Of a stretch of 64,000 nt of DNA, positions 40,658-53,886 are shown piece by piece. The first letter of the stretch is position 1, and each line of letters starts with the position of its first letter. Origin of the DNA: Eledone cirrhosa (Eukaryota); contig OZ024742.1 of NCBI GenBank assembly GCA_964016885.1, forward strand, positions 169,756,001 to 169,820,000. Direction: 5' to 3'. Made by a program: the position numbers and the translations under genes. The notes beneath the pieces are model-generated. The model was not told where the DNA came from. It saw only the letters and a list, made by a program, of their open reading frames with translations, and did not search any database.

Positions 40658-41224
40658 CCACCGCTGCCATGAAATATTTTGCGCATGAAAGACGACAGCT
40701 GTAGGAGTAGGCAGACCCAGAAAAACATGGGACGACTTGATAAATTCCGACCTCACACACTTACACCTCTCCAAGACAATGTCACTGGACCGAGATCTTT
40801 GGCGCTACACAGTAATAGAGAAGACCCGCCTTACCTAAGTGCAAAGTGAAACCTACTACAGTCAGTAGGCACCTCTAACAAAATACACCCCGTCCCACTA
40901 CCCCCACCCCATCCACACCACCTCTTTCAATGTAAAGTTATGTTGGTGTCACAACATCCAGGCCGAAACAAATGAGATCGTGTAGGTGTCACGACAAAAA
41001 AAAACACACAGTCCACGCTGTAATGTGGCCGTGTAGGCAACACGGTAAAAACCTCCCAGTTCCACACTGTAAATGTGGTTGGTGTTAGGAAGGGCATCCA
41101 GCCGTAGAAAACCCGCCAGACAGTCCTATGCGAGCAAGACAACCACTCTTGCCTCAAGTGGGAAAACTCTCGTCCAAACACATGTGAGTGTGGAATATGG
41201 ACGTTAAACGATGATGATGATGAC
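40658..41224 (+). mobile_element. RTE LINE 3' end (same family as 15295-16587)
   Basis: gcgcatgaaagacgacagctgt..GRPRKTW.., 3' UTR and (GAT)n tail. Confidence 0.85.
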
Positions 41225-42289
41225 ATATACACATATGCTTACATATAAACTTAGATACACACATGCATTTATACATATATACCTACATGCATATATGCCT
41301 GCATACATACATATACTTTCATATCCATAAACCTACATTTACATATAACTGCATACATACATGCCTACATATTAAACCATGTGCAGACACATAGACACAG
41401 TTATTTGTAGACACACAGACAGACACATAGTCAGTTTTGTGTCTCTCTTTGACATTAGATGAATGATAGAAGCCTTGGTGCCATGGTAAGATTTTGGTGA
41501 TCTGTTATTGAACTGAATTTGATTTTCAGTGGTGGTAGTTGTGTTGGAGTTGGTGGGGTAGTGGGAGATGGTGGTGGTGGTGATGGTGGGAGTGAGTGTT
41601 GGTGGTGGGGATTAATAGTGGTGAGGGTCATTGTGGAGTAGTGTTGGTGGTGGTGATGGTTGTTGTTGGTGGGGGTAGTGGTAGTGGCAGGGTGATGGTG
41701 GATGATAGTGATAGTAGTGGTGATGGTGAGAGTGGTGTTGATTGTGGAAAAAGTGATGTGTGAACTGGTAGTGTTGTTGGAATATAGAGATGATGGCAGG
41801 TGATAGTAAGCTCTGTGTGAGGCATTTTAACTGAAATAAAATAAAAATTAATTCAGAAAAGGAAAGGGTGGAGTCTGGCAGTGAATTAGCAGTTGTCCTA
41901 CCAAGGTCAACTTTACCTTTCATCTTTTTGGGATCAATAAAATAAAATACCCCAGCCAGGGCTGTGGATTAGCGTAATTGTTAAAGTATTGGAGGACATG
42001 CTTTGTGGCTTTTTCTATTCTGGGTTCAAATCTCCTCTGGTGTATTTGTGTAGAAGATTTAATCCATCGCCCTATTTAACACCACCATCTGGTCCTCCTG
42101 TGTCCTTAGTGGTGTCCATTCTGTTGCAAATGTACTTCCAGTATCTCACCAGTGTTGAAAGCCCAGAGAAAGGTCACAGCATCATGTATAGTTGTGTGTA
42201 GTTGTACTACTGTTTTGTACTAGTATTACTGTTGTGTGTAGTTGTCCTGTTGTTGTGATAGCTGTACAGTGATTATAAGTATCTATATT

Positions 42290-42742
42290 GTGTTGAGACC
42301 ATATCTACCTGTATTGTAGCCATAGCTGCCTTTACTGTTTACACATTTACCAGTATTGTGGCTACATCTACCTGTATTGTGGTTACATCCACCTGTATTG
42401 TAGACATAACTGCCTATACTGTTTACACAGCTACCCTTATTGTTTCAAATCTACCTGTACTGTTTACATATCTACCTGTATTGTGTTTTGTGACAGGATT
42501 TACCTGTATTGTGTGTTGTGACCAGATCTATCTGTATTGTGTGTTGTAACCAGATCTACCTGTATTGTGTGTTGTGACCAGATCTACCTGTATTGTATGT
42601 TGTAACTGGACCTACTTGTATTGTAGCCATATCTGCCTGTAATGTTTACACATCTACTTATATTGTGTATTGTTGCAATATTTACCTGTAATGTGATCAC
42701 ATCTGTTTGTATTTAGTAGTGTGGCAATATTTACCTGTATTC
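42290..42742. repeat. Degenerate minisatellite (tctacctgtattgtg..)
   Basis: Direct reading, just upstream of exon 4. Confidence 0.65.
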
Positions 42743-42814
42743 TGAAAGTAGTCTATCCTCACACCACCTTTAACCAGTTCCTTTCTGCTTGAAATGAATT
42801 CCTCTGATTTGCAG

Positions 42815-42946
42815 GCAAGGTTGAAACGCTTACGGAAAAAGAAATATGAAGACCGAGAGCTGGCCATGTCTTACAGGAAAGAACGGCATCGGGTACTGGA
42901 TGACTGGAGAGAATCCATATCTCAGAAGGAGCGTCAGATCAAGCAG
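42815..42946 (+). CDS. PDCD7: PDCD7 exon 4
   Basis: ttgcag|GCA...CAG|gtaagg; ARLKRLRKKKY...RVLDDWRESISQKERQIKQ. Confidence 0.9.
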
Positions 42947-43059
42947 GTAAGGGACAATGTTGTTGTTGATGGTGGTGGTAGTGGCATCTATATCTTATTC
43001 TCTTTAATGTTTTTTTTTATTTTTTAGTATGTTAAACTATCCATTTCTTCTCCATCATC

Positions 43060-43545
43060 ATCTGCATTTGGGACACAAGATGGAATTTCTACTCACCCCT
43101 TTCCTACATACTGGGTAGGGCCATTTCCCAGAAATGATCAGGGCCTTGTTTTTTTTTATTACTTATGAGAACTTTGGTTTTTGTCAAGTTGATTTTAAGA
43201 CCTTTTCATTCCAGGTTATGCTTCCAGTTCTGGAATTTGTTTCTAGTTCTGAGGTGGATTCAGCTACGAGTATTAGGTCATCAGCATACAGGAGTTCCCA
43301 ACGGAATCCTGTTTTAAACTCTTCTGTTTCGCCTGGATAATAAACAGGAAAGGGCTAAAGACAGAGCCTTGGTGGACCCCCAACTTGAACACTAAACTCC
43401 TAGCTATATTAATAGCTTGTACTGCCTCCACCCCCAGCCACTCTTCTACTCCTAGTTTCCTAAGTGCCCACCAGATTACAGAACAGGGGTTCCTGTCAAA
43501 AGCTTTCTCTAGGTCAACAAATGCCAAGTAGAGTTGTTTGCTAGC
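43060..43545 (-). mobile_element. RTE RT fragment in intron 4
   Basis: LYLAFVDLEKAFDR, GVHQGSVFSPFLF. Confidence 0.8.
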
Positions 43546-43597
43546 AGGGGGAAAAGACATTAAATGTTGATGTATAAAGTGCTTAATTGTATTTTAG

Positions 43598-43736
43598 GAG
43601 AAAGAAATGAAAGTTGCTGTTGACTCAGTTCTGGGAGAAGTTCGTAAGAAGAAATCTGATGTTGCCAAAATGCTGGAACTCATTGGAAATCTGAGTAAAC
43701 TGAGGAAAATCCGCAAAGAGAATGTTGCTAAGAAAG
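43598..43736 (+). CDS. PDCD7: PDCD7 exon 5
   Basis: tttag|GAG...G|gtaggt; EKEMKVAVDSVLGEVRKKKSDVAKMLELIGNLSKLRKIRKE resembles the vertebrate PDCD7 segment AADGVLSEVRKKQAD..LEKLRKLRKE (from memory). Confidence 0.93.
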
Positions 43737-44422
43737 GTAGGTGTTTAGAATTGTGTTTGGTTGCATTTTATGATGGACCAAACTTGTAATTCTTCATAGT
43801 TTAGTATTAATAACAAGTGTTACAGTTGATTTAATCAAAAGAACTGCTTGCTTATGAAATTAATGTGTATGAGGAGTCAATAAAATATGGTAACAATCAA
43901 GTACTGGGGTCAATATAATCAACTTTGCTGGCTATGTGCCTAATTCAAAAACATTCTTCTTCTTCTTCTCCTCCTCCTCTTGCTGCTGGTCAATAAAATT
44001 AAGCACCAGTAATGCACTGGGGTCAATTTAATCGACTTTCCCTTCCCTCCAAAATTGGGGTCAATAAAATAAAGAACCAGTAATGCACTGGGATAATTGT
44101 TGGCCTTGTGCCAAGAGTAGAAACAATTATTAACAATGGCAACAACAATGTAATTGATCATTCTCAGGCACAAGAAAATATGGATTTAACCCTTTTGATA
44201 CCAAACTGCCTCGTTCTATGAAAGAAAACCACTCATTCTAAGGGTTCCTATTTAAATTAAAATCTCCAATATAATTTGACATAGGAACCGTTTGTAATAT
44301 TTAAAATATTACAAATACCGTCTTAATGACCTTTTGTTATCGCCTCTGGTTCTATGAAATAAAACTACTCATTTTAAAAGGTTTCTATTTAAATCAAAAC
44401 ATTCCAACATTATTTGATATAA

Positions 44423-44800
44423 TGGTGGATTGGCAGTATCGGTAGAGGGTCGGACGCCATGCTTTCCAGCATAGTTACGTCCCTTTATGATATGAGTTCA
44501 AATCCCGCCGAGGTTGACTTTGCCTTTCATCCTTACGGGGTCGATAAAATAAAGTACCAGTAATGCACTGGGTGATTGCTGGCCTTGTGCCTAAAGTAGA
44601 AACAATTATTAGGGCGGTGGATTGGCAGTATCGGTAGAGGGTCGGACGCCATGCTTTCCAGCATAGTTACGTCCCTTTACAATTTGAGTTCAAATCCCGC
44701 CGAGGTTGACTTTGCCTTTCATCCTTACGGGGTCGATTAAATAAAGTACCAGTAATGCACTGGGTAATTGCTGGCCTTGTGCCTAAAGTAGAAACAATTA
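44423..44800 (+). mobile_element. Head-to-tail dimer of the second-family tRNA SINE
   Basis: Two near-identical ~188-bp copies (44423-44610 and 44611-44800). Confidence 0.9.
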
Positions 44801-44971
44801 TTTGATATAAGAATATTTTAAAGTTACAGATATCATCTTAGTAATTAAATAATTAATCATTTTAGTAAATCCCTTCAAATTCTTCATTAATTCAAATACT
44901 GTGTATTTTATCATATATATATCATACAAAACAACTAACTCGTTTTTTTTCTGTTTTGTTTTTTTCTTCAG

Positions 44972-45084
44972 GTTTATATACATTATTCCATTGTGATCAG
45001 AAATTTGAAGAGGACATCTCTGGCTTACAACGAATGCTCAATAACCAGATGGACATCTACGAAGCTGAGCAACGCACCCTTATG
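44972..45084 (+). CDS. PDCD7: PDCD7 exon 6
   Basis: ttcag|GT...ATG|gtaaac; ..CDQKFEEDISGLQRMLNNQMDIYEAEQRTLM. Confidence 0.92.
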
Positions 45085-46656
45085 GTAAACTGACCTTTAA
45101 TAGTTTCACTTTTTGGTATGGTTTTTATATTTCGGTAAAATGCACCTAGTGCACTCTGTATACTTTGTATGTGGCAGATCCACAGGAATAATGGGTAGTA
45201 AGAGCAGCAATGAAATAAACCTTTTCCAATCCTAAATTTCATTATTATTACTAGCAGAAAAACCACCGTTCAGGTGGTTTTTCTGCTAGCATGTGTAGTG
45301 TGCATATTGATATTATATGCAAATATATATGCATGTAGATATGATACATCAAATGAAATCATAATTAACAATATGCACAGAAATTGAAGAGAGACTCTGT
45401 TACACTGTCTTCTGTAATCAGTAAAGTAATCCATGATGCATTTAAAAAAGACGATATTATATACAAACTGCATTAAGGTGAAATGTAATGAAAATGAAAA
45501 AGGAGAAAATTAGCGACAGAAATATAAACGTTATGATATAACGATGCAAATATATGAACATTTATATTAGCGATGTGATATAACATACGTTATATCATAA
45601 CTGGAAATGTTGACATTTGAAAATTTGAAAAGAAGTGAATTTTAAAATAATCAATCATTTTCTAAGAATATTTGTTTAATTAACAGCTACGAAATTTAGT
45701 ACATAAATTATGTAATATCCATTCATTATTTTGGCAGTATCGGTAGTGGGTCGAACGCCATGCTTTCCAGCATAGTTACGTCCCTTTGAGGTGTGAGTTC
45801 AAATCCCGCCGAGGTTAACTTTGCCTTTCATCCTTACGGGGTCGATAAAATAAAGTACCAGTACTGGGTAATTGCTGGCCTTGTGCCAAAAGTAGAAACA
45901 ATTATTTATTCAAAGTAATCCAACTTATTTTACTCACAGGATAAAAAATATATTCAGGACACAATCCCGCACTCCTCCCTTTATTATATTATGATTATAC
46001 CATAGAAGTAGTTGATAGTTTATTTTACTTAGGTGACCTAATCAGTAGTGGAGAAAATTGTTAGAATAAGAAGATGCTGGGAAAAGTTCAGGGAACTACT
46101 GTTGACAACAAAGAAATTTTTTCTATGAGTGAAGGGTAGATTGAATGATGCCTGTATGAGAAGAGTGATGTTGCATGGCAGGGGAGGTAAATGTAGAGGA
46201 TATGTGGGTGTTAGAGAGAGATAACTTCTGAGAGGTCAGCAGTACCAATTAAATATTAACACAGCTGGTGACAATCCAATCCTTGCTAGCAAGGTAAAAC
46301 AGACATTAAATGATGATGATTTGTTTTGTCATCCTTTATAGGTTCTATGTTAAATACAAAATCTCACAAACCAAGTTGACATTTTATTTCATGCTAATCT
46401 TTATTGTGTCTCCATTATCCTACTCTAGGTACTCATATTATGTTGTTACTACTCTCAGTGTATTAATATTTGGAGAGTAGAACAATACTTGATGTAAATT
46501 AATAGTTTTTCATAGCAAAGAAGATAGATACATACATATTTTTATAATGTATATGTATGCAAGCACATTCATACTTTTATAGCTACATACAAAACTTAGA
46601 CATTTAATTTTATGTTTTGTCTAAAAATAGTAACATATGTTTGTTTGTTGTTGCAG

Positions 46657-46777
46657 GTTATGTTGGAATGTGAACAGGAAGAGACGAAGGAACGTGAGAG
46701 AGTGAAGTCACATAAAGTTAAAAAAGAAATTGAGAAACGAGAGAAGAAACGTGAACTGCAGCTTTTATTTGGCAAAG
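46657..46777 (+). CDS. PDCD7: PDCD7 exon 7
   Basis: ttgcag|GTT...G|gtttgt; VMLECEQEETKERE...LLFGK. Confidence 0.92.
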
Positions 46778-48416
46778 GTTTGTGAAAACAGATCCCATGT
46801 TAGCTAATGTCTTCTTGCTGTTTCTCTCAGTGTTTTTGTTAGTTCATCACCACACTCCTATATAATGTCTTCCTGCTGTTTCAGTTTCTTTATTTCATCA
46901 CTATACTCCTATATAATGTCTTTTTGCTGTTTCTTTTGGTGTCCTCCTTAGTTCATCACACTCCTATACATTTACTGTATTTTATTTATTTATTTTTTAC
47001 AGTATAAGTTGTTGCTCCAACATGGACACAATCTAATGACTAAAACAAGTTAAAGTAAAATAATATTGAATCATGGAGGAAAGGGAAGGACCTGTGATTC
47101 TTTCTAGAGCCCTTAAAACTAGTGGGAGGTAAAGTTGACCTTGTTGGGACTTGAACTCCTAGTACAACAAGTTGGAACAAATATTTTAAGGCTTTTAATT
47201 CTTTAATGACCCTGCCAATATTCTGTTACAGGGTGGAATGACTACTTTTCTTGCTGTTTAATCTTGATTGGGCAGACTTTTCATCATAGGTAGTCCGTGT
47301 GTGACCATCCCATTGACATATTGCAATTAGGACCACATTAACCAATGTGTCATTACTCTTTTAACCCTTTTGCTACCAAACTACTTGTAACTGTTCCTGG
47401 TTCCATGCAAGTAGCTGAGCATTCCATAGACATGTGCACCCTTAACATAGTCCTCAGGAAGATTCAGCATGTCACAGTGTGTAACAAGGTTTGCTCTTTG
47501 AACTTAGAGAGACAACTTCTTTTTTGCAGCTGAGTGGACTGGAGCAATGTAAAAAATAAAGTGTCTTGCTCAAGGACACAATGTGCTGTTGGGAATGGAA
47601 CTGACAACTTTGAGCTGAACACCCCAACCACTAAGCCACATGCCTTAACATTCACAGAGTGATTTCTTTTTTAGAGAAATAGTTTTATTAGAAGATTTTA
47701 GGTTCAATCTTTTGTTTTGCCTCTGATCTGACTTGACTTAGGAAATCTTTGATTTAAAAGTGATGTCCAGCTATGTCCATCTCGTCTTTTTATATATTAG
47801 GTGGTAGTTCTGGGGACTAAGATAAAATGCACCCAGCACACACTGTAAAGTGGTAGTGCTGGTACCACAATATAATGTACACAGTCCAACCTGTTAAGTG
47901 GTAGTGTTGGTGCCATGATATAAAGCATTCAGTACACCTTGTAAAGTGGTAGTGCTTGTGTCACAATAAAATACTCCCACCCTCCACAGTAAAGTGGTAG
48001 TGCTTGTGCTGCAATAAAAAGCACCCAGTCCACCTTGTTAGGTTGCAGGAGCAGTGCCATGATGAAATATACCCGGTTCACACCATCAAGTAGTTGGCAT
48101 TAGAAAGGCCATTCATCAGTAGAAACCATACCAGAATGGAACATATGAATGATATATAGCCACCTGACATGTTTAGCCTCAGAACATAACACCCATCTAA
48201 CCCATACAAGCATGGAAAATAAATGTGGCCTCCTCATTTTAAGACATTAGGGTGTGATTTGAGAAGAGATATGGTTGCTATTCCCAGCAGGTCAGTGAGT
48301 ACATAGAGGCTCCCTCACTGGGTTATCTGTTCATCATCATCATCACCGTTTTACGTCTGTTCTTCCACAATATTCCTTAGAATACCAGTAAATCCCTTGT
48401 TTTGTTTTGTTTACAG

Positions 48417-48504
48417 ATATAATTGATCCAGCTGATCCTTGTTACCCTTTCATGAAATACTACACACAGGCCATTGACAATTGGGAGTCGTTTGTACAGA
48501 TACG
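48417..48504 (+). CDS. PDCD7: PDCD7 exon 8
   Basis: ttacag|AT...CG|gtgagt; ..PCYPFMKYYTQAIDNWESFVQIR. Confidence 0.92.
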
Positions 48505-48659
48505 GTGAGTTCCTCAACTAGAACCATAAATGTGAGCAGAGACAGGTTGGTAGTGGTGTTGTGTTATTGGGAGGAGTGGTGGCCTGTGGGATGTGTAAAA
48601 GTTAGTTTCTTTATGTTGTTCATTCTTTTGTGGGGTTGATAGAATAAAGAACCAGCACA

Positions 48660-50460
48660 AGGTTCTTTGTGGTAATTGTGGATAGAGCCATTAAAGCTAA
48701 GAGACAGGCATGGACAAACTGGATAAATGGGAGCAGTAAAGAACAGTATCAAATAGCGACAAGAGAAGTTAAGCGACAGGTATACATAGTATGTAAAGAA
48801 GCTGAAACTAGGAGGTTTATCAGTGTGAATCAGGATATTGGAGAAAAGTGGATGCTCTGAGAGCATAGTAGCTAGAATAAGATCTGGATGGAAAAAGTTT
48901 AGGGAGCTACTACCTCTGTTGACAACCAAAGTTTCTCTCTACAAACAAAAGGTAAGCTGTATGATGCCCATGTGCAATGCATGATAATAATAATAATGAA
49001 ATTATTGTGTACAGTGCTCAGGTGCACTACAACTCATCAAAGGTGCATGTATAGTACATAGAATAATGTACAAATGTCAGGAAAATGAACAGTGTCCGAG
49101 TCATGAAATACATGTGTGCATGTGTATGGAGTGGGGACAACAGGTGTAGTGTTGGTGAATCTCAGGAAGCATGGAGGTTATAAAGGATGCATGCTTCAGC
49201 AACTCTGAGTGTGAAAAAATGTTTCCGAAAGTCATGGGAGCTATGCTGTTTTCTGACTTTGTAGGCATGCCCACGTGTGTTACACATGGAAATCAAAAAG
49301 GTGCTTGGGGTTATTGTTGGCAAGATGGTTAATGATTCTGTGGGTGTTTACCAAGTCAGTTGCCAGACGTCAGAGCTTCAATGTATCCATGCCCAGGGAG
49401 GCAAGGCGTTCAGAGTATGGTAGATGCCTGATGGAGGGTATTTACTTGGTTGCACGTCTCTGAACAGTTTCCAGACAGTCAATGTTCTGAGCAAGATAGG
49501 AGTTCCAGACTGGTGATGCAAATTCTAAGTGTGGCCGCACCATAGCTATAGATAGCTGGAGAGCGGCTAACAAAGGTCTTGCTGAGTGATGCTAAGACAC
49601 CCTCGGCCTTCTTGACAATTTTAGAGACAGGCTTCGTCCAACGCAAATCGCTGCTGACAGTAATTGCTCAGGTCATGTTCTCAAGAAGACTTCTTGATAT
49701 TAGTGTTGTGGAGGGAGCATGTGGATGCTGGATTTTTACTCCGAAAATGCATGGTGGTAAACTTGTCCATGGCCAGCTTGAGTTACCAGTCCATTGTTGC
49801 ATTGTGTCCAGGTCTGATTGCAGGAAAGATCTAGTGTTCAGGATCTGTCCTTTTTATCTCAAGGTACAGCTTGATGCCATCTGCATATTTCAATACTGTG
49901 GCATTCTTTAAGTTGGCATCTATGTCATTAATATATGCCACAAACAGATCCTTGTGGTACACCAGATGACATCTCATATGGTGAGGAATGCTGTCCTAGA
50001 CCTGTGACTACCTCTCTTGAGATTGCATGATGTTGCATGGTAATAACATATGAGCAGTGAATATATGCAGGGGATATGTGAAGGCTGGAGAGAAATGAAG
50101 CAAGCATGCTTCAATGGATGTGCACCGTTGATATGTCAGAATGACAAAGCATGAATGAGCTGAGAGAAAAGCTGTATATAAGAGGAATCAGTTGTAATGT
50201 GCAAGAGAGACAACTGTACTAGCATGAGCATGTGATGCATATAAATGATCGTTGGATGATGAAGTGCCAAGAGATTCCAATGGAAGGAAGCTGCAGTAAA
50301 AGAAGACCAAGGAAGACCTGGGCAGATGTGGTGAGAGCAGATCTCAAAATGTTGAACCTCACAGAAAATATACTGAAGGAGAATGCAACAAGTGAAGGGA
50401 AGCTATATTGGAAAATACTCATCTGACCTATACAAACATGGAAAAATGTGCATAAAAAGG
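48660..50460 (+). mobile_element. Deleted RTE copy split by a nested CR1/L2-like LINE
   Basis: RTE motifs (RIRSGWKKFRELL..KGKLYDA) to ~48985 resume at ~50024 (MLHG..ERNEASMLQW..RPRKTW). Confidence 0.75.
48986..50023 (-). mobile_element. CR1/L2-like LINE 3' fragment
   Basis: Minus strand encodes GVPQGS..YINDI, LQSDLD, VRPHLEFASPVW, ETVQRRATK, TRGH; (ATT)n tail; candidate TSD tgcatgat at 48978 and 50024. Confidence 0.8.
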
Positions 50461-50571
50461 ATGAGAAGCTGCTTCATTCTCTACTGTGTTGTCTCTGTTG
50501 TTTGTGAAAAATATAAATTAAATTTAGATGTATGTATTTTTTAACTTTTTTTCTTTTTTTTGTCTTTGTAG

Positions 50572-50692
50572 GAGGGATTGGGATTGCTACTTAGCCCCAG
50601 AAACTGCACCTGGTGCCAGTCGGATCCCTGATACTTGGGTTTTACCTTCAGAACCATCAAGTTCAGTGTGGGCACGTTTTCTGGAAAGTTGA
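50572..50692 (+). CDS. PDCD7: PDCD7 exon 9 (terminal)
   Basis: ttgtag|G AGG GAT TGG...TGA; RDWDCYLAPETAPGASRIPDTWVLPSEPSSSVWARFLES* matches the PDCD7 C-terminal pattern WD.YL...P..WVLP..PS...WA. Confidence 0.94.
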
Positions 50693-50732
50693 TGTTTTCT
50701 ACTTGTAAATATTTAAAATTTAATTGACTGTG

Positions 50733-50738
50733 AATAAA
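50733..50738 (+). terminator. Candidate polyadenylation signal of PDCD7
   Basis: AATAAA 40 nt after the stop, with a downstream GT/T-rich tract. Confidence 0.55.
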
Positions 50739-53623
50739 CTTATTTCTTTAAGATATGTTGTTTTAGTTCAGGCTTCCTTTGTTGCATCGATAGATATGCA
50801 TGTGGCTGTTGAGAGCTTTTCGTTTTTCAGCACTGGCTGCTGAGCCTTTGATGGTGCTTTCTCTCTATCTGTTCTGGTGTGTTCCAATCTTCACACAGCA
50901 CATTAAGCCTACCCTGATTTCAAGAAAGGAGACCTGGAAAGCATTCATTTTCTCAATGGGTCATAGCAACCTTGTCTCTTTCAATAGCAAAAAACACAAG
51001 TATTGCTCATCTCAAAAAAATATCCTCTCAACCTCACCCTTGTGAAGCATGAATAGCATCTAGAGCCCCTTCTGATCACTCCAAATGTTTCAGTGTAAAC
51101 CCCATCGACTGAATTCAAAAACACGTTAGTGAAATATGAAAAATTTCTGTTTGCTTCTATTGAAATTTTTTAGCCTGTTAAAGCAGTGATGGTGATGTTG
51201 GCATTGTAATTTTTTTGTTGGTTTTAGTTCACGTCCGAGATGATGGTGGTGGTGGTAGTTCTTTCAGAAGATGTAACTTCAATCGGCCTTTGCACTCTGT
51301 CTTCACATGCATATGCTCGTGTAGAGATGGTGATGCCACTATCTTTATTCATTCTGATTATGGTGGTGGTGGCCATTCTGCTTTATACATAGAGGGAGGG
51401 GGAATGATTTTTGTTCAAGACCAAACAACAATGGAAGATCTTGTCATGTTGGTTTTGAGAAAAAATTCTGGATTTCATGGATTAAAAATCCAAAAATACT
51501 CAGAAAATAAGAGTACAGCAACTTATTGACAATCATTTAACAGGATTTCAACAATGTTATAAACATGGTAATCAAGAAACTTATGGCAGATGAGATGTTG
51601 CACATCTGTAAAAAGCAAGAGGAAAATATAAGGCCAACAATTTTGTGGGAAGGGGAAAAATTGATTAAATCAACCCCAATGCATTACTGGTACTTTATTT
51701 TATTGACCCCAGAAGGATAAAAGGCAAAGCTGACCTCTGCAGGACTCAGAATAGAGAGGGTTGTAACTAAATGTTGCAAAGCAATGCTCTAATTATTTTG
51801 CCAATCCATTGACTTGATGATGATGATAATGATTTGTGAAGGCCAGCAATTTTGAGGGAGGGGAAAGTCAATAATTACATTGCCCCCAGTGCATTACTGG
51901 TACTTTATTTTATCGACCCCGTAAGGATGAAAGGCAAAGCTAACCTCAGCCGGAATAACTGATTCAACTGTCATTATCATTTAATTCCTTTTGTTTCAGA
52001 TATAGACTTTTTATATTCATGAAAGTTTGTTAGTTTTGACAAAGCTTCCGACAATCATCATTGTTTTATATCTATTTTTCATGTTCATAGGTTCCATTTT
52101 GGTATGGTTGGATGCCCTTCTTAATGCCAACTGCTTCATGGCATGTACCGGGTTCATTTTCTGAGGCACCACCACTACATGACAGGGTGGACTGGGTGCA
52201 TTTTATTGTGGAACCAGTACTCCTACATTTCAATATAAGGGTGCTTGTATTCCTTGTCAAGCTGAGAGGGAGTTTTAGGCTGCCTGTTACTAGTCCCTGG
52301 AGAGAGGGGTGGTCTTAAGGGAAGGGAGTGACATTTGGTAGTATTGAGGGGTGCACCAAGGCTTTCCACTACCACAATATGATATTAATGGAGGTGGTAA
52401 TAATGATGCATGTTGAATTATGTTATCTAAATGTCACAGAATCTCATGCTAGCATAGAACAAAACAAAAATCAATGTAATTATATATATTATGCTGTTAA
52501 TAATGATGATGATGGTGATGAATAGATGATAAATTCAATTATCATAGTTCACCCAGGTATCAAAAGCTATCAATCACTTTTAGTAAGCTTACTGAGCATT
52601 TGGTATATTTCAATGAATTACCATTACAAGTTCAACCCATCTGACAGGCTTCCAAACGGTTTCTGTCTACCCAATTTCACTCACAAAACATAAGTTGATA
52701 TTAGGCTATCGTAAATAGCACTTCTCCAAGATGTCACTAAGTGGGATTGAATCTTGGACTTAATAATTGCAAAGTAAACCTCTTAACCATTCAGTCATTC
52801 TAAATGTCAAATAGTATCCCATGAGTCTTACAAACCAAAAAAGGAAATCTATACATGCTAGAAATAGCAGCTAAGTTTCTCTCAAATCACATCCTACTGT
52901 ATTAAAAAGGATGTTGAATAATGTAGTCCTGGATACGTGGTCTAAATAATAAAGCAGGATATCCATGTCTGGATTGCCTTTGATCATAGGTCTGCTTAAT
53001 CCCAGCTCATCTGGGGCTAACAACAATGACAATACATTTGGATATGATCCTTATCACCAATCACTTTACAGAGTGTACTGGGTGTAGTTTATCATGGCAC
53101 CAACACCAGGGAAATTGTCATGTTCTTGACACAACTGAAGAATCCTCTCTACCCTTTCTTTGATACATGGTTTCTACAGCTGAATGCCCTTCTTAATACC
53201 AGCTACATATCAGGGTGTAGTGGGTGTATTATACCATGGCAGCCGCACTAGGGAAATTGTCATGCACTTGACACAACTAAAAAGTCCTCTCAACCTTTTG
53301 TTTGGCATGGTATCTACAACTGTATAGAATTTCTAACACCAACCACTTTACAGAGTGTACTGGGTATAGTTTGTCATGTTTTCAACACAACTGAAGAATT
53401 CTCTCAACCCTTTGTCTAGCACTTGGATTCTAAAGCTATTGTTTGCTCCATACCAATGCTGTGAGGTTGAACAAGGCCAGGTATTATTATCTTTGAAACA
53501 ATGTCACACAGATCCAATTAATGTTAGGATATATGTTGTGTCTAACATAAGTTGGCAGAAGATGGAGATACCATCAATATTTATAAAACATTTGGGATGA
53601 TAATATTAAAAAAAAAAGGAAAC

Positions 53624-53808
53624 TATTGTTCAGTGTCATAATTTCCATGGCAACTGTTGTTCTGTAGGATAATTTCCATGGCAACTGTTGTTCTGTAGGA
53701 TGATTTCCTTGGCAACTGTTGTTCAGTGATAATTTCCATTGCAACTGTTGTTCAGTGTTATAATGTCCTTGGTAACTGTTGTTCAGTGTGTTAATTTCCA
53801 TGGCAACA
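53624..53808. repeat. ~30-bp minisatellite in the ankyrin gene 3' UTR
   Basis: aatttccatggcaactgttgttc..tg repeated about 6 times. Confidence 0.8.
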
Positions 53809-53815
53809 TTGATAT

Positions 53816-53886
53816 CTATTTCAATGTGTTTGAAGATGCAACCCCTTCAAATATAGAGAGAAGATGATTTTCAATGACATTTTGGA
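53816..53886 (-). CDS. ANKRA2/RFXANK-like terminal exon
   Basis: ttttcag|TC CAA AAT...TAG; VQNVIENHLLSIFEGVASSNTLK* resembles the ANKRA2/RFXANK C-terminal VQQVIE.H.L. Confidence 0.88.

Noticed and set aside
41520-41810. His/Pro-rich minus-strand ORF
   Set aside because: Degenerate (GGT/GAT)n low-complexity tract inside a PDCD7 intron
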